A stretch of DNA of 64,000 nucleotides from Camelus dromedarius (taxonomy: Eukaryota). The translations under genes and the position numbers were made by a program. A model generated the notes under the pieces. The model was not told the origin of the DNA, did no database searches, and saw only the letters and a program-made list of their open reading frames with translations. Shown one piece after another: positions 26,817-39,690 of the stretch; the stretch's first letter is position 1; the number at the start of each line of letters is the position of its first letter. Location: NCBI RefSeq assembly GCF_036321535.1, contig NC_087437.1, positions 99,016,001 to 99,080,000 on the forward strand, written 5' to 3'.

Positions 26817-29800
26817 GGTACCTAATAATTAAGAGAATACTCAGAAAATGTGTTTGGATTTAATTATGGTAATTTAGACATATTTGGGAAACCTACACAG
26901 TCAATATAGTCTATAATCTGTGTTAAATTCTCATTTAAATAGTTTTTCTCAAATTTTTCTGTTAAAATCCTCCTTTAGAACATTGTTCAGTCTTCTTAGA
27001 CTTTTTAGTCAAGGCACTGGCCATTACGGTATTCCAGTCCTGGAAGTAAGGAAGGAAAATACTGATATTAGAGTGGAATTTTATATAAACGTGTATTTCT
27101 TATATCAGATATTGTTGGAATACATCCAGGCCTAAATAGGCAACACCAGATTCCTTTTCTCATAAAAATACTATGTACTTGCATGAAGGGCATATGGAAG
27201 AACTTGCTTCCTCAAGAAAAAAATATATTAAATGTATTACAAATCTGTTTGTCTTTACTGGTCTCTGCCTTGCCACCCATCTTCGTCTCTCCGTTCATCT
27301 CTTTAGCTCCATCTGTGTATCCTTCCATTCTTGTATTCATTCAGAGTGACAGAAAGTAAAGGACAGATCATGTGTTCCAAAACCAGTCTTCATTAAGCAA
27401 TTGGTGATAGCTCTCTAGATGTAAGCTCTGTGCATGAGGGTGGGGATCGTCGTCTGTGTCAGTCACTATGCCCCTAGGATAGTGTGGTGACTCTGAATAG
27501 AATTACGTACTGCATATTCACTGAGCAAAATGTCTCAGTGCTATTAAAAGAAAGTTTCAGAGGTTTTTATCTCTGAGTTGTTGCTTAATAAATATTAAGT
27601 GATGATATCTCTTTCTATCTAAAAAGGGACTGAGTTCTTGTATCTTTGAGAATGAATTGCTTTTATCTGAATTGTGTACTTTTTATAAAAGATGTAATTC
27701 TAACTCCATCCTCATTTTCTTTTCCTTCACATACCAAAACAGAAATAAATAATATTTGCTATTTTTGGCCTTCTCTTTAAGGGAGAGAGAGAGAGAAAGA
27801 AAAAATATTTGAAATTGCTTTTCTCTATACATCATTGATTATCTACTTCAGTGATTCTCAACAGATGCCTAGGTCCCCCTTCAAAGTTATCACATTGGAA
27901 TTTATGGTAGGGATATGGTACATGGGCACGAGAACTCCACAAGTGACTCTGACACAGATCTCTAATTAAGAATATTTAAATTAAACTTCTATATTTTATT
28001 GATTGGAAAACAGATCTGTAAGGGTTGGGACTTTCCAAAGATCCTAAGTGGAACAAGAAAGCAGACCCCCCCCATAAAGTGTGATCTGTTTCCTATTAAG
28101 TAAAAGGATGATGGGTTTGGGCAGCAAAAGAAGGATGGCATTTTCCTTACATTGTTAAAGTAGCTCAAATGAAATGCACTATGGATTATTGGTAATTAAT
28201 TAATTAAGAATCTTTCTCACATATTCCCAGCTTTTAAAATATTTTTTTTACATTAACTCTTAATGTCATTTTTTAAAAATCAAGTTTGTCTTCTGCCTTT
28301 GGCTTCATACTCTGAATGCCTCATGCTGCAGTATATATTTTCTGCCTAGGTTTTCCCATCTAACCTAAAGTATCCAGTGGTTTGTCATTGTCTCTGAATT
28401 CAGCAGTTTCCAAGCAGTCTCAATAATAGCAGTTTGATTACCTGTGATTCCTGTTACCAGTTGCCTAGATTTGCTGGACACAGTAGTTTCAGTAATCATG
28501 CAACCTGGTTTAAGTGACTATCCCTGACTAGAGTAGAATATATTAAAAATTTTTAATAGCATACATAAATTATGGTCTTATTTCATTATGTCCTTCAGAA
28601 TAATTATTTTATTTCTCAATAAAGATGAGTGAACAACATTTTAGGCTTTTTTCTAAATTGGCATAATCCTTGATGTTAATGCCTTTTATCTCTTACACTA
28701 TTATTTAGTAAAAACTGTTGATCTTACTTTGATACAGAAAATGTCTCATTTGCTAAAATAGCTGAGCAAACTAACGTAAAGATCTTTAGTCTCCAGAATT
28801 GCTTGTGTTAAAACATCCACTGAGCTATTAAGTTTTCATTTCTGTAATGATGCATCAAGACAACTGAATAAATTCAAAATGATTCTAAGTAAGATAATTA
28901 CTTACAAAATATCTTTCTAAATCATAAATTTTAAATTTTAATTAAATAGTATGCCATTTGTAGATGAGTCAGACTCTCCAAGAAAACTGGAGATGTTTTT
29001 TTGGTTGCTTATTAAAGGGAAAGAGTTTCAAAGAATAAGTACCTCCCTTCTGGTGTGGGTATTCAGTACTAATAATGTGTTGTGCATTCTTTTAGACTAT
29101 TGCTATGCACATATAAATATTTATATCTATCTGTTCATACTGTCCTGAGACATATTTTTCACTCACCAGTATATTGTGAGTATCTTTCCATGTCAGTATA
29201 TAGATTTACACCATTCTTTTCAAACCCTGCAGAGTATCACATAGCCTGTATTTATAAAATTAAATTAACTTAATTCTTCTATGTGACAGTAGTTGGACAG
29301 AGAATTATTTCAAAGAATGTTTTTATAAATACCCTTGAGCTCTTTGGAATGAAGGATGTTCAAAACTGGAATCTTTGGGTCACAGGGCATACTCATTAAA
29401 AAATGTACATAGTGCCAAATTTCCCTCCACAAAGTTGTACCAAGTTATAATCATATAAAAGTGCTGAGATAAATTTTACAGAACTTTAACTAAAAACTAA
29501 ATTGGAGAAATAATACCTACATGTACAATATTAGATATATGTAGATATTATTTAGGAAATTTATCTTTTAAAGTGAAAGGGCAAAGAAGTGAAGACAATG
29601 GAATGACTGAAACTAATTTTTGAATCAGAATAGGAAAGTTTTGCTTCTCATGGTTAGTTTATGTCCTGATTTTGGTGTTCTGTGAAGAATTTGAAATGGG
29701 AGGTCTGTTTTTCCTTGCCCCCTCAGTATTTATATAATCTCACAAAAACAAGGTATTTAAAACATAGTAATAGAAACATCAGCCATTAACATATAGAAAT

Positions 29801-32003
29801 GACTACTTTCTCTCTAGAAAGTATTCTGTTAATGGGACAGATTTATAGTCACATTAAATTCAGGAGCACTGTTTTTGCCAATGCTGATTATCTAAATTCT
29901 TTACTCACTAACTGCAGAAATCTGTTACTCCTGTCAGTTCATTATAAAAGGTAGTAGTAATGATGATGATGATGATAATGATGGTGTTTAGAGATATGGA
30001 GAATATAATCATCGTTTTTACATTTAATGACCTGTCTCTCACAGCATGGCATGCCAGTTAGATTAGAGAATTAAATAGTTTTTATTGAATGGAAAACTAT
30101 TTTGAAAGAAAAAAAGTCCCATTGTTTTATGTCACTTAAAATTCTAGTTATGTACTGCTATATGTATAATTTTAAAATCACAGAGCTAGACATACTCATA
30201 ATATTTTTTAAATGAATTTAGGGAATGTCTGGCTATCCCCTCGTGTCCTGATCAGCATTGGAATGAGAACATGAAATCATTCTACTGCTGTAGTAGGAAA
30301 AAACTATCACTGCTGGTAGAGGAAACAAATCCACACAGAGACATATTACATAATATATTATGAATGTACTTTCCTAAGGTATGGAACCATTTCCTGGACT
30401 TTTCATGGTTTATAGAGAAGCATACCCCCAATTTGGGTCGTTTCATTTCTGTTGGCCTTTGTAAATTCCTGTGAATTACTTAACTTCAAATAGTTCACAT
30501 ACTTTAATAATTACATATAATTTTAAATAGTGGCATTTAAATCATTGCAACTAAATATGAAAGTAATAGTTCTTGAAGTCAACTTGTTTGAGTGTTATGG
30601 AAGGGCATAGAGAATATTATCCTAAGGCATCAAAAGTTTTACTTGTAATAAATATGGGGTATGTTTTCATTCTTAATAGTAATTTTAGGTGTGAATTAGA
30701 ACTAACTAAAAAAATTTTTGCCAATGTCATGTAAGAATAAATAAGCAAACATTGCTCAAAATATTCTAAAACTTAAGAAATGTTTCTGGTATTAGAGCTT
30801 TCATAACTTCCTCTAGTCAATTTCAGGTAATATCCATATAAAACAACTTACTTCAGCTTTCAGTAAAAGATAAACTAAATCCAGCTCGTAGTCTCAAAAC
30901 AGGTAATCATTAGCATTTTGGGAGGGAGAAATAGTTTTGAATAACTACTTCTTACTGGCTTTATTTAGAGAAAGATAGCAACTTTCACGATCAGATTCAG
31001 CTTGCCAAATGTGCATAGTTCCTGCTTTTTTTTTTTTTTATTTGAATTTAAATTAGCATACCCTTAGTTTATTGACATTTGTGTGGTGGCATTTTGTGGC
31101 ACTTGAAAATATCACATTCAGTATCGTATGCACCAGTTTTCTTTTTACAGTTGTACATTACACGGCTTATAATAAGCACTTTAAAAATACTTGTTACATT
31201 ATTTTATACTTCTGTATTTGTTGATTCACAAGTTCATTTTTCTTTAAATAAATGAAATTTATGTAAAACTTGAATCTGTTTTATGAAAATAATTTTGAAG
31301 TTTTGTTGCATTTCATGCTTAACTGAACAGTTGCCAGACTGTGTGGAGGAGTTGACTCATAGCAATGAGGCATTCAATTCTTTGAACACTAGTCATTTTA
31401 GAAGACTTTAAGTATGATTATCAGTATAAACCCCATATTTGTTAATGATGGATCTTTTCTTAAATTCATCAAAATTCCAGTAGGAACATTAAATTTAAAA
31501 CAGGAAAGTATCAGTTTCTAGTTTTAGCATGAGAATTGTGATCACTTACTTTTTTTTTTCATTTGTGCACTACGTCTTACAAGTTACTTTGTCACAGGTT
31601 TTTGACAGTGTGGTTGATTGCATTAAGTATATGCACCATTTGTGGTAGCAATAGTGACATATTGAAGAAGCCATAAAAATCGAGCTCATAAGCCATATTT
31701 TATCCAGTGTCTTTCTCTTTGGGTTAGAAATTCTAATGTAAAGAATTATCATGGAAGAAGGAAAGTCATTAGAAGAGTTTTCTCTTTCCTGGTTTTGTTA
31801 CCCAATTGGAATTTTCAAAAGGTGTGAAAAACTTAGGAAGAAGTTGAGTTTTAACTAAATTGCATTCCCAGTTGGTTATTTTTGATGTTACCATTGTGAT
31901 GATGCATATAAAAATGCCACTGCTGACTAACATCCTGTGCCTTAAATTGCAGTGGAGAAGGGGCAAGGTGATATTAAGGGTTTTTTTTGTTATTTTCTTT
32001 CAG

Positions 32004-32131
32004 CATTGGTTTACTGAACTACCACCTGTGTTAACATTTGAGTTGTCAAGATTTGAATTTAATCAGGCATTGGGAAGACCAGAAAAAATTCACAACAAAT
32101 TAGAATTTCCTCAAGTTTTATATCTAGACAG
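32004..32131 (+). CDS. USP25: USP25 exon 11 (128 nt): [42 protein letters not shown](R)
   Basis: ttttctttcag|CAT ... CAG|gtatgg; USP LPxxLxxxLxRF motif. Confidence 0.96.
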
Positions 32132-32477
32132 GTATGGTTTTGTATACAGTATGACTTAGTTTTGAAACAGTTTAGTATCCAAGGGAGAAGTAATTGTGCT
32201 TAGAGAAAAATTTTCTTAATTTTCTTAAAATTAATTTTTACTTTTTGTATAATACATCTGATACCAATTGTCAAGGAAAATGTAGGTCTCTTTTTATTTA
32301 GAAAAGTATAATTACTAGGAATAATGTTATGGAAAAAATAATTTTATATTCTCTCTGTGATGCTTTATTGTAAAATTTTGAATGAGTTGATCTTCTGTGG
32401 TGATGGCTAGACTTAATATTGTATCTGCTTACGTGGTATTTTGCACTACTACTAATTTTTTTTTTTTTTCCTGATAG

Positions 32478-32573
32478 ATACATGCATAGAAACAGAGAAA
32501 TAACAAGAATTAAGAGGGAAGAGATCAAGAGACTAAAAGATTACCTCACAGTATTACAACAAAGACTAGAAAG
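32478..32573 (+). CDS. USP25: USP25 exon 12 (96 nt): (R)[31 protein letters not shown](R); start of the coiled-coil insertion
   Basis: poly-T cctgatag|A ... AAG|gtattt; phase 2-2. Confidence 0.96.
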
Positions 32574-32929
32574 GTATTTTAACTTTTAGGAAATTATTAG
32601 CTATAGGAAGTCATATTTTTAGTGACTATTTAGATCTCTAATTTTAAGTTGGCTTTGAATGATTTATAATTCTAGAAGTAGACAATCATTCTGGATTGAT
32701 ATTTTACTTGAATAGGTTTTGAGTTTTCTTCTAAACTAAAATTAATAGTTGGCATTGTAAGATTATTTTATTGTTTGAAATTAAGCATTCTCACTGTCAA
32801 CAGGTAATGCTTATGGTGCTGAAAATAAATGTAAAGCTAAACTAATCTATGGTTGAAGTTTCTTCTCACATGAGACTAATTATTACTCTTGAAATTTCCA
32901 TTAAAATGAATGGTGACTGAATTTTTCTC

Positions 32930-33250
32930 AGCACAGAAGATACAAACTCAGATGCCTACGAGAGCCTCATGGAGGCTTTCCAGGGAAGGGAAGCAAGTCG
33001 AGTAGTGTAAACTGGTGGGCACAGAGACACAGAGAGCACATCCCTGTGGAGGGGGTGGTGCCGTCTCACCAGCGAGCGGTGCCATGCATGAGTATCATCT
33101 CCTTATTGTCTAGAGCTTTGGATTGTTTCCAAAAGAAGCTGGAATCTAGACTATCAGACGTTCTATAGTTCAAAAAAAAAGTCTGAACCTTTAGGCTGAA
33201 ATTATAAGCTGAAATATGGTCTGAAATATCCTAGTTTGCAACTTCTAATG
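32930..33250. mobile_element. MER45-like hAT-Tip100 relic
   Basis: acaaactcagatgcctac ... aagaagctggaatctagac ... ctagtttgcaacttct resemble MER45-family ends and core. Confidence 0.5.
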
Positions 33251-33523
33251 TGTTTTCCCTTATTTTAGTATTAATTGAAAATTAATAGCCTAAAACTTTT
33301 TTATACAAAATAGTATGTTATATTTCAATTATTTTAATTCTTAAAAGATGTCAGTAATAATATTGAAAACTAATCAGAAGTAAACGATAGGATAATATTT
33401 GTCACCATTTTGAACATGGGACCAGATGACAGATCTAAAAATAAACAGTCTCAGGAAATGGAACTGTCAGTTTTCATTTTGCTACTGCATCATAACTTAG
33501 AGCAGCATTTAAAATTTCTAACA

Positions 33524-33570
33524 GTGTGTATATATATATATATGTGTGTGTGTATATATATACATATATA

Positions 33571-33606
<36 letters not shown>
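33524..33606 (+). repeat. Compound (TG)/(TA)/(CA) alternating purine-pyrimidine microsatellite
   Basis: Direct reading. Confidence 0.95.
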
Positions 33607-33607
<1 letters not shown>

Positions 33608-33834
33608 CGAGTCTTTTTTTTTTTTCAGTCTTAATCAGCTTTGACTTCGCTCCTTTGGAGAACATTTTTTTCTTGAATATATATTTAGTTTTACCATCTT
33701 CATTTGAAAGCAAAACTCATCTCATTGTTGAAGGTTTATTGAAATGTTTTTATCATGTTTTATGACAGTTGTTGGGAAAAAAATAAATGTGCTTTATAAA
33801 CAAATGAAACATTTATCTATTTTATGGTTAACAG

Positions 33835-33996
33835 ATATTTAAGCTATGGCTCGGGTCCCAAACGATTCCCCTTGGTAGATGTTCTACAGTACGCGTTGGA
33901 ATTTGCCTCCAGTAAACCTGTTTGCACTTCCCCTGTTGATGATCTTGATGCTAGTTCCCCATCTAGTGGTTCTGTACCATCACAGACATTGCCAAG
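33835..33996 (+). CDS. USP25: USP25 exon 13 (162 nt): (R)[53 protein letters not shown](S)
   Basis: ggttaacag|A ... AAG|gtaaaa; phase 2-2. Confidence 0.96.
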
Positions 33997-34591
33997 GTAA
34001 AACGTTTTCTTGATGGAAGAGACAGCTACGTTGCTATATTATGTAATAATGTAATTGATGCCTTTAAAGACGGTTTTATAAATTGCGTGTTGTGACTCAT
34101 TTGAGTGAACTCTAAAAAGATTAGATTTACTTAGAAGAGTCTGTGTCTTCTTCGTGCTCTCTTCTTTTATTGTGGATCGGAATTTTCATTACATTTTTGT
34201 TGTTCAAAATTATACTTTATGTTGTTTTGGTATGTTTTATATATCAACCTTTTATCCATGAAAATACTACTGCTAAACTAGAATTTTTTTCTATACTGTG
34301 AGTTAGTAAGTATTAGCAAGGGAAGGTTTTATAATTCCAGAATACATAAGATTTAAGTAAATATGATTAAGCCATTTGTACTGTAAAGCCCCAGTTTTAT
34401 CCCTATAATATAGTTCCATATATTAAGAATCTTAATAGAATATTAGATTAATCCACATATTTTTATCTTTTTTTAAGAAGACCTTTTTCTTTTGAAATTA
34501 TAAGCCAATTTAATGCTGTGTGTTTGGTATAATCTTTGTCCAGAGTTTGAATTTGGAAAGTTTAGTAATAATCTGTGCTTTAAAAACACAG

Positions 34592-34818
34592 CACAACAGA
34601 CCAACAGGGAGCTCCTCCTTCAGAACTGCCAAGCACATCGCCTGCATCAGTAACCGCCGTTTCATCGAGATCAGTAGTACACAAGCCGTTCACTCAGTCT
34701 CGGATACCTCCAGATTTGCCCATGCATCCAGCACCAAGGCACATAACAGAAGAAGAACTCTCTGTGCTAGAAAGCTGTTTACATCGCTGGAGGACAGAAA
34801 TAGAAAATGACACCAGAG
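34592..34818 (+). CDS. USP25: USP25 exon 14 (227 nt): (S)[75 protein letters not shown](D); contains the autoinhibitory loop
   Basis: aaaaacacag|C ... GAG|gtaaga; the frame joins exons 13 and 15. Track ORF 34520..34810 is a different frame of this exon. Confidence 0.95.
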
Positions 34819-35373
34819 GTAAGAAGCTTCTCATAGCATAGCTACTCTGGCCCCAGATGGATATGATTAATGTTAAAATTGAGAAGGGAAATCACCTGTG
34901 GATCCTGTGGATTATGGGTTTCATATGTAAATATTATAAAGAGTTTTTTATCCCCTAGAAAATGTTTTCTATAAGATAATATTGTAATATTATATTATAA
35001 TATGATCTTAATATTAGGTTCAGAGAAACCAAAAGATTCTCCCTGGATTACTTAGATGATTAATGACATAACAGATGATTTGATTTCCTAGTTTAGCGCT
35101 CTAAATTTATATCAAACCAGTATTCACAGCTACTCCATTGGTAAAACATTATATAGCATCAAATTTTGTACTTATCATTTATATACTTCCCTTGATGTTT
35201 GCACAGTGAGTTCAAATGATACAGCATTTTCTTTAGGTTTAAGGATTAGAAATGTGAATTTTAGTTTTCAGTCTTCTTTAGCAGAGATTTCCAAATATGA
35301 TCTATCAGCTCAGTGCCAGTCTGTAACGAGTTTTAACTGGCATGTAGCAAAATAAGAAAGATAAAGACAGTGC

Positions 35374-35405
<32 letters not shown>

Positions 35406-35411
35406 TGTGTG
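35374..35411 (+). repeat. Interrupted (TG)n microsatellite
   Basis: Direct reading. Confidence 0.9.
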
Positions 35412-36299
35412 AAGTTGCCATCTGCCCATTCTTGGGAGGAACTCTCCTTTATTCTGAAATTATCTCCTTTCTACTTTACTGTTATTAAAATACCCCTTTT
35501 TAATGAAGTGATGTTAATATTTTATGCTAGGTTTTATTATAATTTTTCTTGCATATCAAAATATAATACCCTATTTTTGCTCCCCAATTTTATCCTAATT
35601 TAATTGATCTATGAAGAAGGAAAGTATAGGAGTTAACTGTTTTATACCAAAGAGCTAGAAATGTACTATACAGTATTGATAGATTTTAGATGCCCAACGT
35701 GGCTCTTTACAGCCAGTATGTAAATAAAGAGCAGTCCTAATTCAATAGAGAGTAAATAGGGTGTGGTGTTGACTAACAACTAGCATTAGTAACTGTAAAG
35801 ATTTCCTTTAGTGTTTTTCATATATACGGGAATATTTTACATTTGAATTCATTAGTAAACATTAATTAAGCACTTGGCTTTTCCTGAATATTGTGTGAGG
35901 TGTTGGGTAATTTTCTACTGGACTTGGTAGATTGTATTTGTTTTTATAAGATTGCATTCAGAAGGCTGCAAGTTAGGAAACTTTGACACCAAGGTAGTGG
36001 CATTGAGGAAGGAAAGAAATGAATTTGGTGTATTCTTCGGAACTGACACGCGTGGGTCGTTGACGAGAGGTGAGAGAGAGGGACAGATCAGAGATGATTC
36101 CCTCAGTTATTCATAGTGAATATGAATTCGTATGAATAACTAAATGGATTTCTATCTGCACTTTGAAAAAAGGGAAACTAGTGGGTAGGCAGGCCCCTAC
36201 CTTGGGGGAGGAAGTAGGAATATGATGAGTCTACTTTTGGCATTTTAAGTTTGAGGAACTGGAGAGACATTCATGCCATAAGGTTGACCTGTGATACTA

Positions 36300-37200
36300 T
36301 GGATCAGGTAAGATTTTCCTTGAAGTATTTGTTTCCTCACTTTCATCCTTGTTGTATTTGCTGTTAGCTTTATTTTCTATATTATATAGTATTCCAGTAT
36401 GAGTATGACATAATTTATTTAGTTTATATATTGGTACTACAAATAGTGCTGGGCTTCTTCATACATATTGGCACACTTTTTGAGTGGAATATATTCTTAA
36501 AAATGCCATTTTTGGTGCAAAGTATATATATTAAATTTTGCCTGCTTAAAAATTTCCCCCAACAAACATGAACCAGTTTACATTCCCCCTAATTTTATTA
36601 GAGAGAGCCTGTTTCCCACCCTAGCCCTAACCCTGAGTGCTTTTTAATTTGTGATAGTCTGCTAGTTGAAAAAAAAATGGTATTTCTGTGTCTTGATTTG
36701 CATTTCATTAATTATGAGTGAAATTCTATTTTACTAAAAATTTCTTGTCCATTTTTTTTATATTGAGCCATTTATCTTTCTTTTCCTGCTTAAATAAGAA
36801 CTTTAGTTATGGGTATTAACTTGTTGCTTGTGGTATAGGCTGCAGATAATATTTTTCCAGTTTGTTATTTGACTTCATGTTGGTTTTTGGGTTTTTTGTA
36901 GATTTTCTTAAATTTGGGAAGGAGTCTTATTTTTTCATTTGTGGCTGTTGGATTTTCTATTGGACTGGAAGAGGTCTTTCCCTGTTCTAACGTTAGTAAT
37001 ATGTTTTGTAGTCTTTCATGTGTTTTTCCTGATTCTTTTTAACAGCTTCATAGCATAGTGTGGTTATACTATAATTTAACCATTTCCTTTTGACAGATAA
37101 TTAGGTTTTCTCCAATTTTTTTTTTTAATAATTATGGACAATATAACTGTGAACATCCCTGCCTCTGAAACTCTTATAGGGTAGATTTCTACTGAAAGTA
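36300..37200 (-). mobile_element. Old L1ME-type fragments
   Basis: accagtttacattcccc, tgatttgcatttcattaattatgagtg, atttttttccagtttgttatttgac. Confidence 0.6.
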
Positions 37201-37668
37201 GTAGTAATGAGTAATGGAAGACTCATAACTTTATTTCTATTGGTGATTATAGTGGATTTTTTATTTAATTACATAATATATATGTATGTGTGTGTGTATA
37301 TAAAATATGTGGTGAAGTTGTATTTCATTCTGAAGTTTTCGTGTTTATAAAAATATGTAGGGGAGTTTAGCTTTAATTTTCACTGAAACTGTCCTTTATA
37401 GATTTGAACAAAATTGTTTTATTGCCTCTGAACATTTTAAAAAGAACCATATTTGTTCTATTTTAATTATGCATTTGTGCTTTATCTTTTATTAAAGAGA
37501 ACTAAATTTCATTTATACAGACTCCAAAGAGTAATGTTTGTAAGAACAGTTTCACGAAATTTCCTTATTCCTCTAACATATTGGTAGGAAAACCTTTAGT
37601 CCTTACCTTTTAAGTCTCAGTAGAAACATACTTGATGTTAATCATTAAATGATGTCTTCTATCCTTAG

Positions 37669-37739
37669 ATTTGCAGGAAAGCATATCCAGAATTCATCGT
37701 ACAATTGAACTAATGTACTCTGACAAATCTATGATCCAA
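37669..37739 (+). CDS. USP25: USP25 exon 15 (71 nt): (D)[23 protein letters not shown]
   Basis: cttctatccttag|AT ... CAA|gtaagt; phase 1-0. Confidence 0.96.
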
Positions 37740-38182
37740 GTAAGTTGAATTTTGAGCTAGTAAGCATTATCAAAATTATTTATATTTTATCTTTATATTA
37801 TTTATCTTAATCTGTTTCCTATACTTTTTGTTATAAAATTGCTTAATTTTAAGATTTCATATTAATATTTCCTTCATTCAGTTGTATTCTCAATACTGTA
37901 TTTATTGCCTGCCTTTTTATTCTTTCATAGTGAAATTTATCACAAATTTCCAAAAGGCCTTAATATTTAAAAAAAATTCAGGGGAGAAATTATATGGTTG
38001 TTCAGGGATATTAAGATTATGGGAGAAAGCATAGGACTCTGATACACATTATTTACATTTTAACTTCTTATGTACATTATTTAAACCATTTTGCTGAACT
38101 CATCCATTAACTTACAGTTGTGAAGATTTAGACAAATCATGTACTGTATATTAAAATGATCATCATAAGTTCTTTATTCAGA

Positions 38183-38370
38183 GGGAGGAGGGTATAGCTC
38201 AGTGGTAGAGTGTATGCTTAGCATGCACGAGGTCCTTGGTTCAATCCCCAATACCTCCATTAAAATAAATAAGTAAATAAATCTAATTACCTTCCCCCCA
38301 AAAAACAAAAACAAGAAATAAAGAAATAATTAAAAAATAAAAGAAATGCAAATAGGAAATTTTTTTTAAA
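38183..38370 (+). mobile_element. tRNA-derived SINE, Vic-1-like (camelid), copy 1
   Basis: A box tagctcagtgg, B box ggttcaatccc, body cttagcatgcacgaggtcc, A-rich tail; TSD aagttctttattca (38167-38180) / aaggtttttattca (38371-38384). Confidence 0.85.
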
Positions 38371-38670
38371 AAGGTTTTTATTCAAAAGACATAACTTACA
38401 GAGCTCAGCAGTTATATTTCCAGCATTTTGAAATGATCCTATTTACACACCTTTCTATTTTACATGTCTTTAGTTTGCTTATTTTCCTCCACACCACTTT
38501 TTATTTCATAGTTTAATTTTTTCAAAAATTTAATCCCAGCAAATTTACTCTTGTGGAAAAAAATAAGCTCCTATGGAATCTGCCCATCAGATGGTTTGTG
38601 GATTTCATGGACTGTGGTGTAACAGACAGAATACTCAACTGCACTTTAACTCTTCTCTTTTCATATTTAG

Positions 38671-38899
38671 GTTCCTTATCGCTTACATGCTGTTTTAGTT
38701 CATGAAGGCCAAGCTAATGCCGGGCACTACTGGGCATACATTTTTGATCATCGTGAAAACAGGTGGATGAAGTACAATGATATTGCTGTAACAAAATCAT
38801 CATGGGAAGAGCTAGTGAGGGACTCTTTTGGTGGTTATAGAAATGCCAGTGCATACTGTTTAATGTACATAAATGATAAGCCACAATTCTTAATGCAAG
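38671..38899 (+). CDS. USP25: USP25 exon 16 (229 nt): [76 protein letters not shown](E); His box, catalytic His (38725-38727) and Asn (38776-38778)
   Basis: ttttcatatttag|GTT ... AAG|gtaaga; USP motifs YxLxAVLVHxG...GHY, WxxxND and SAYxLxY. Confidence 0.97.
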
Positions 38900-39139
38900 G
38901 TAAGAATATGAAATATAGAGTGTGGTATATATTTTTTAATAAGTAGCCCTTTTATGTGACTATGGTCTCTGGTGTGATCTGTTAAGTGTAATTCACTCAG
39001 AGGATGATGGATATGATTAGGAAATGCTGTTGGGTTATTATTAGTGAGAAAACTAGAATTGAAAATTAATGTGGCCAGGGCTGAGAATTGGAATCTTTTA
39101 GTTTGTATTCAAAGTTTACTATTTGGTAACTTATAAAAT

Positions 39140-39690
39140 GTAAATCTGATTTCTTTTCTCCTTGTTAAAAATCCCTTTAATGACTACATCTTACATTGAC
39201 TCATATTCAAGCTCCTTAGCCTCCATTTTCTGGCCTGATGGTCTCTGCAGCTTCATTTGTAACCATTGTCCATCTCACACTTTATATACTTTACTGATAT
39301 TTAAACTTCTTGCTGTATTCTGCTCACACCAAATCATTTCACACAGTTATATCTGTATGTTCTTATGTTTTTTATTTTTTCCCAGTAATGATCTTATTTC
39401 TTTCTTCTTTTGTGTAATTCCTGCTCATCTGTCAAGATTCAATTCAGGTGTCATCTGCTCTGCCAAGTTTTCCTTGACCTGCCAGAAAGTATCCCTCCTT
39501 GTGTTCTCACAGCATACCTCTGTTGGGCACTTACTGTGTGTTGGGATTGTATGTTGACTTCTTTCCCACTTCACTCTGATCCGCTCAAATCCAGGGGCCA
39601 TGTCATACAATGTCTTAATCTTTTTATTTCTCATATTCTAATATAGGCTTTGCATACGAAAAACACTTAATAAAGATTTGTTGAAACAGA
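39140..39690 (+). mobile_element. LINE-2 3' portion
   Basis: caagattcaattcaggtgtcatctgctctgccaagttttccttgac ... cacttaataaagatttgttgaa; explains ORFs 39162..39557 and 39410..39646. Confidence 0.7.

Noticed and set aside
33410..33765. Three overlapping ORFs with HT/CV repeats
   Set aside because: Stop-free only because of the dinucleotide microsatellite.
34520..34810. 96-aa ORF as an overlapping gene
   Set aside because: Alternative frame of USP25 exon 14 with a non-ATG start; the reading continuous with exons 13 and 15 is a different frame.
38183..38258. tRNA gene (also 52915-52992)
   Set aside because: The tRNA-like head is followed by a SINE body, A-rich tail and TSD; these are SINE copies, not tRNA genes.
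39162..39646. 131-aa and 78-aa ORFs
   Set aside because: They lie in a decayed LINE-2, have non-ATG starts and show no recognisable domain.
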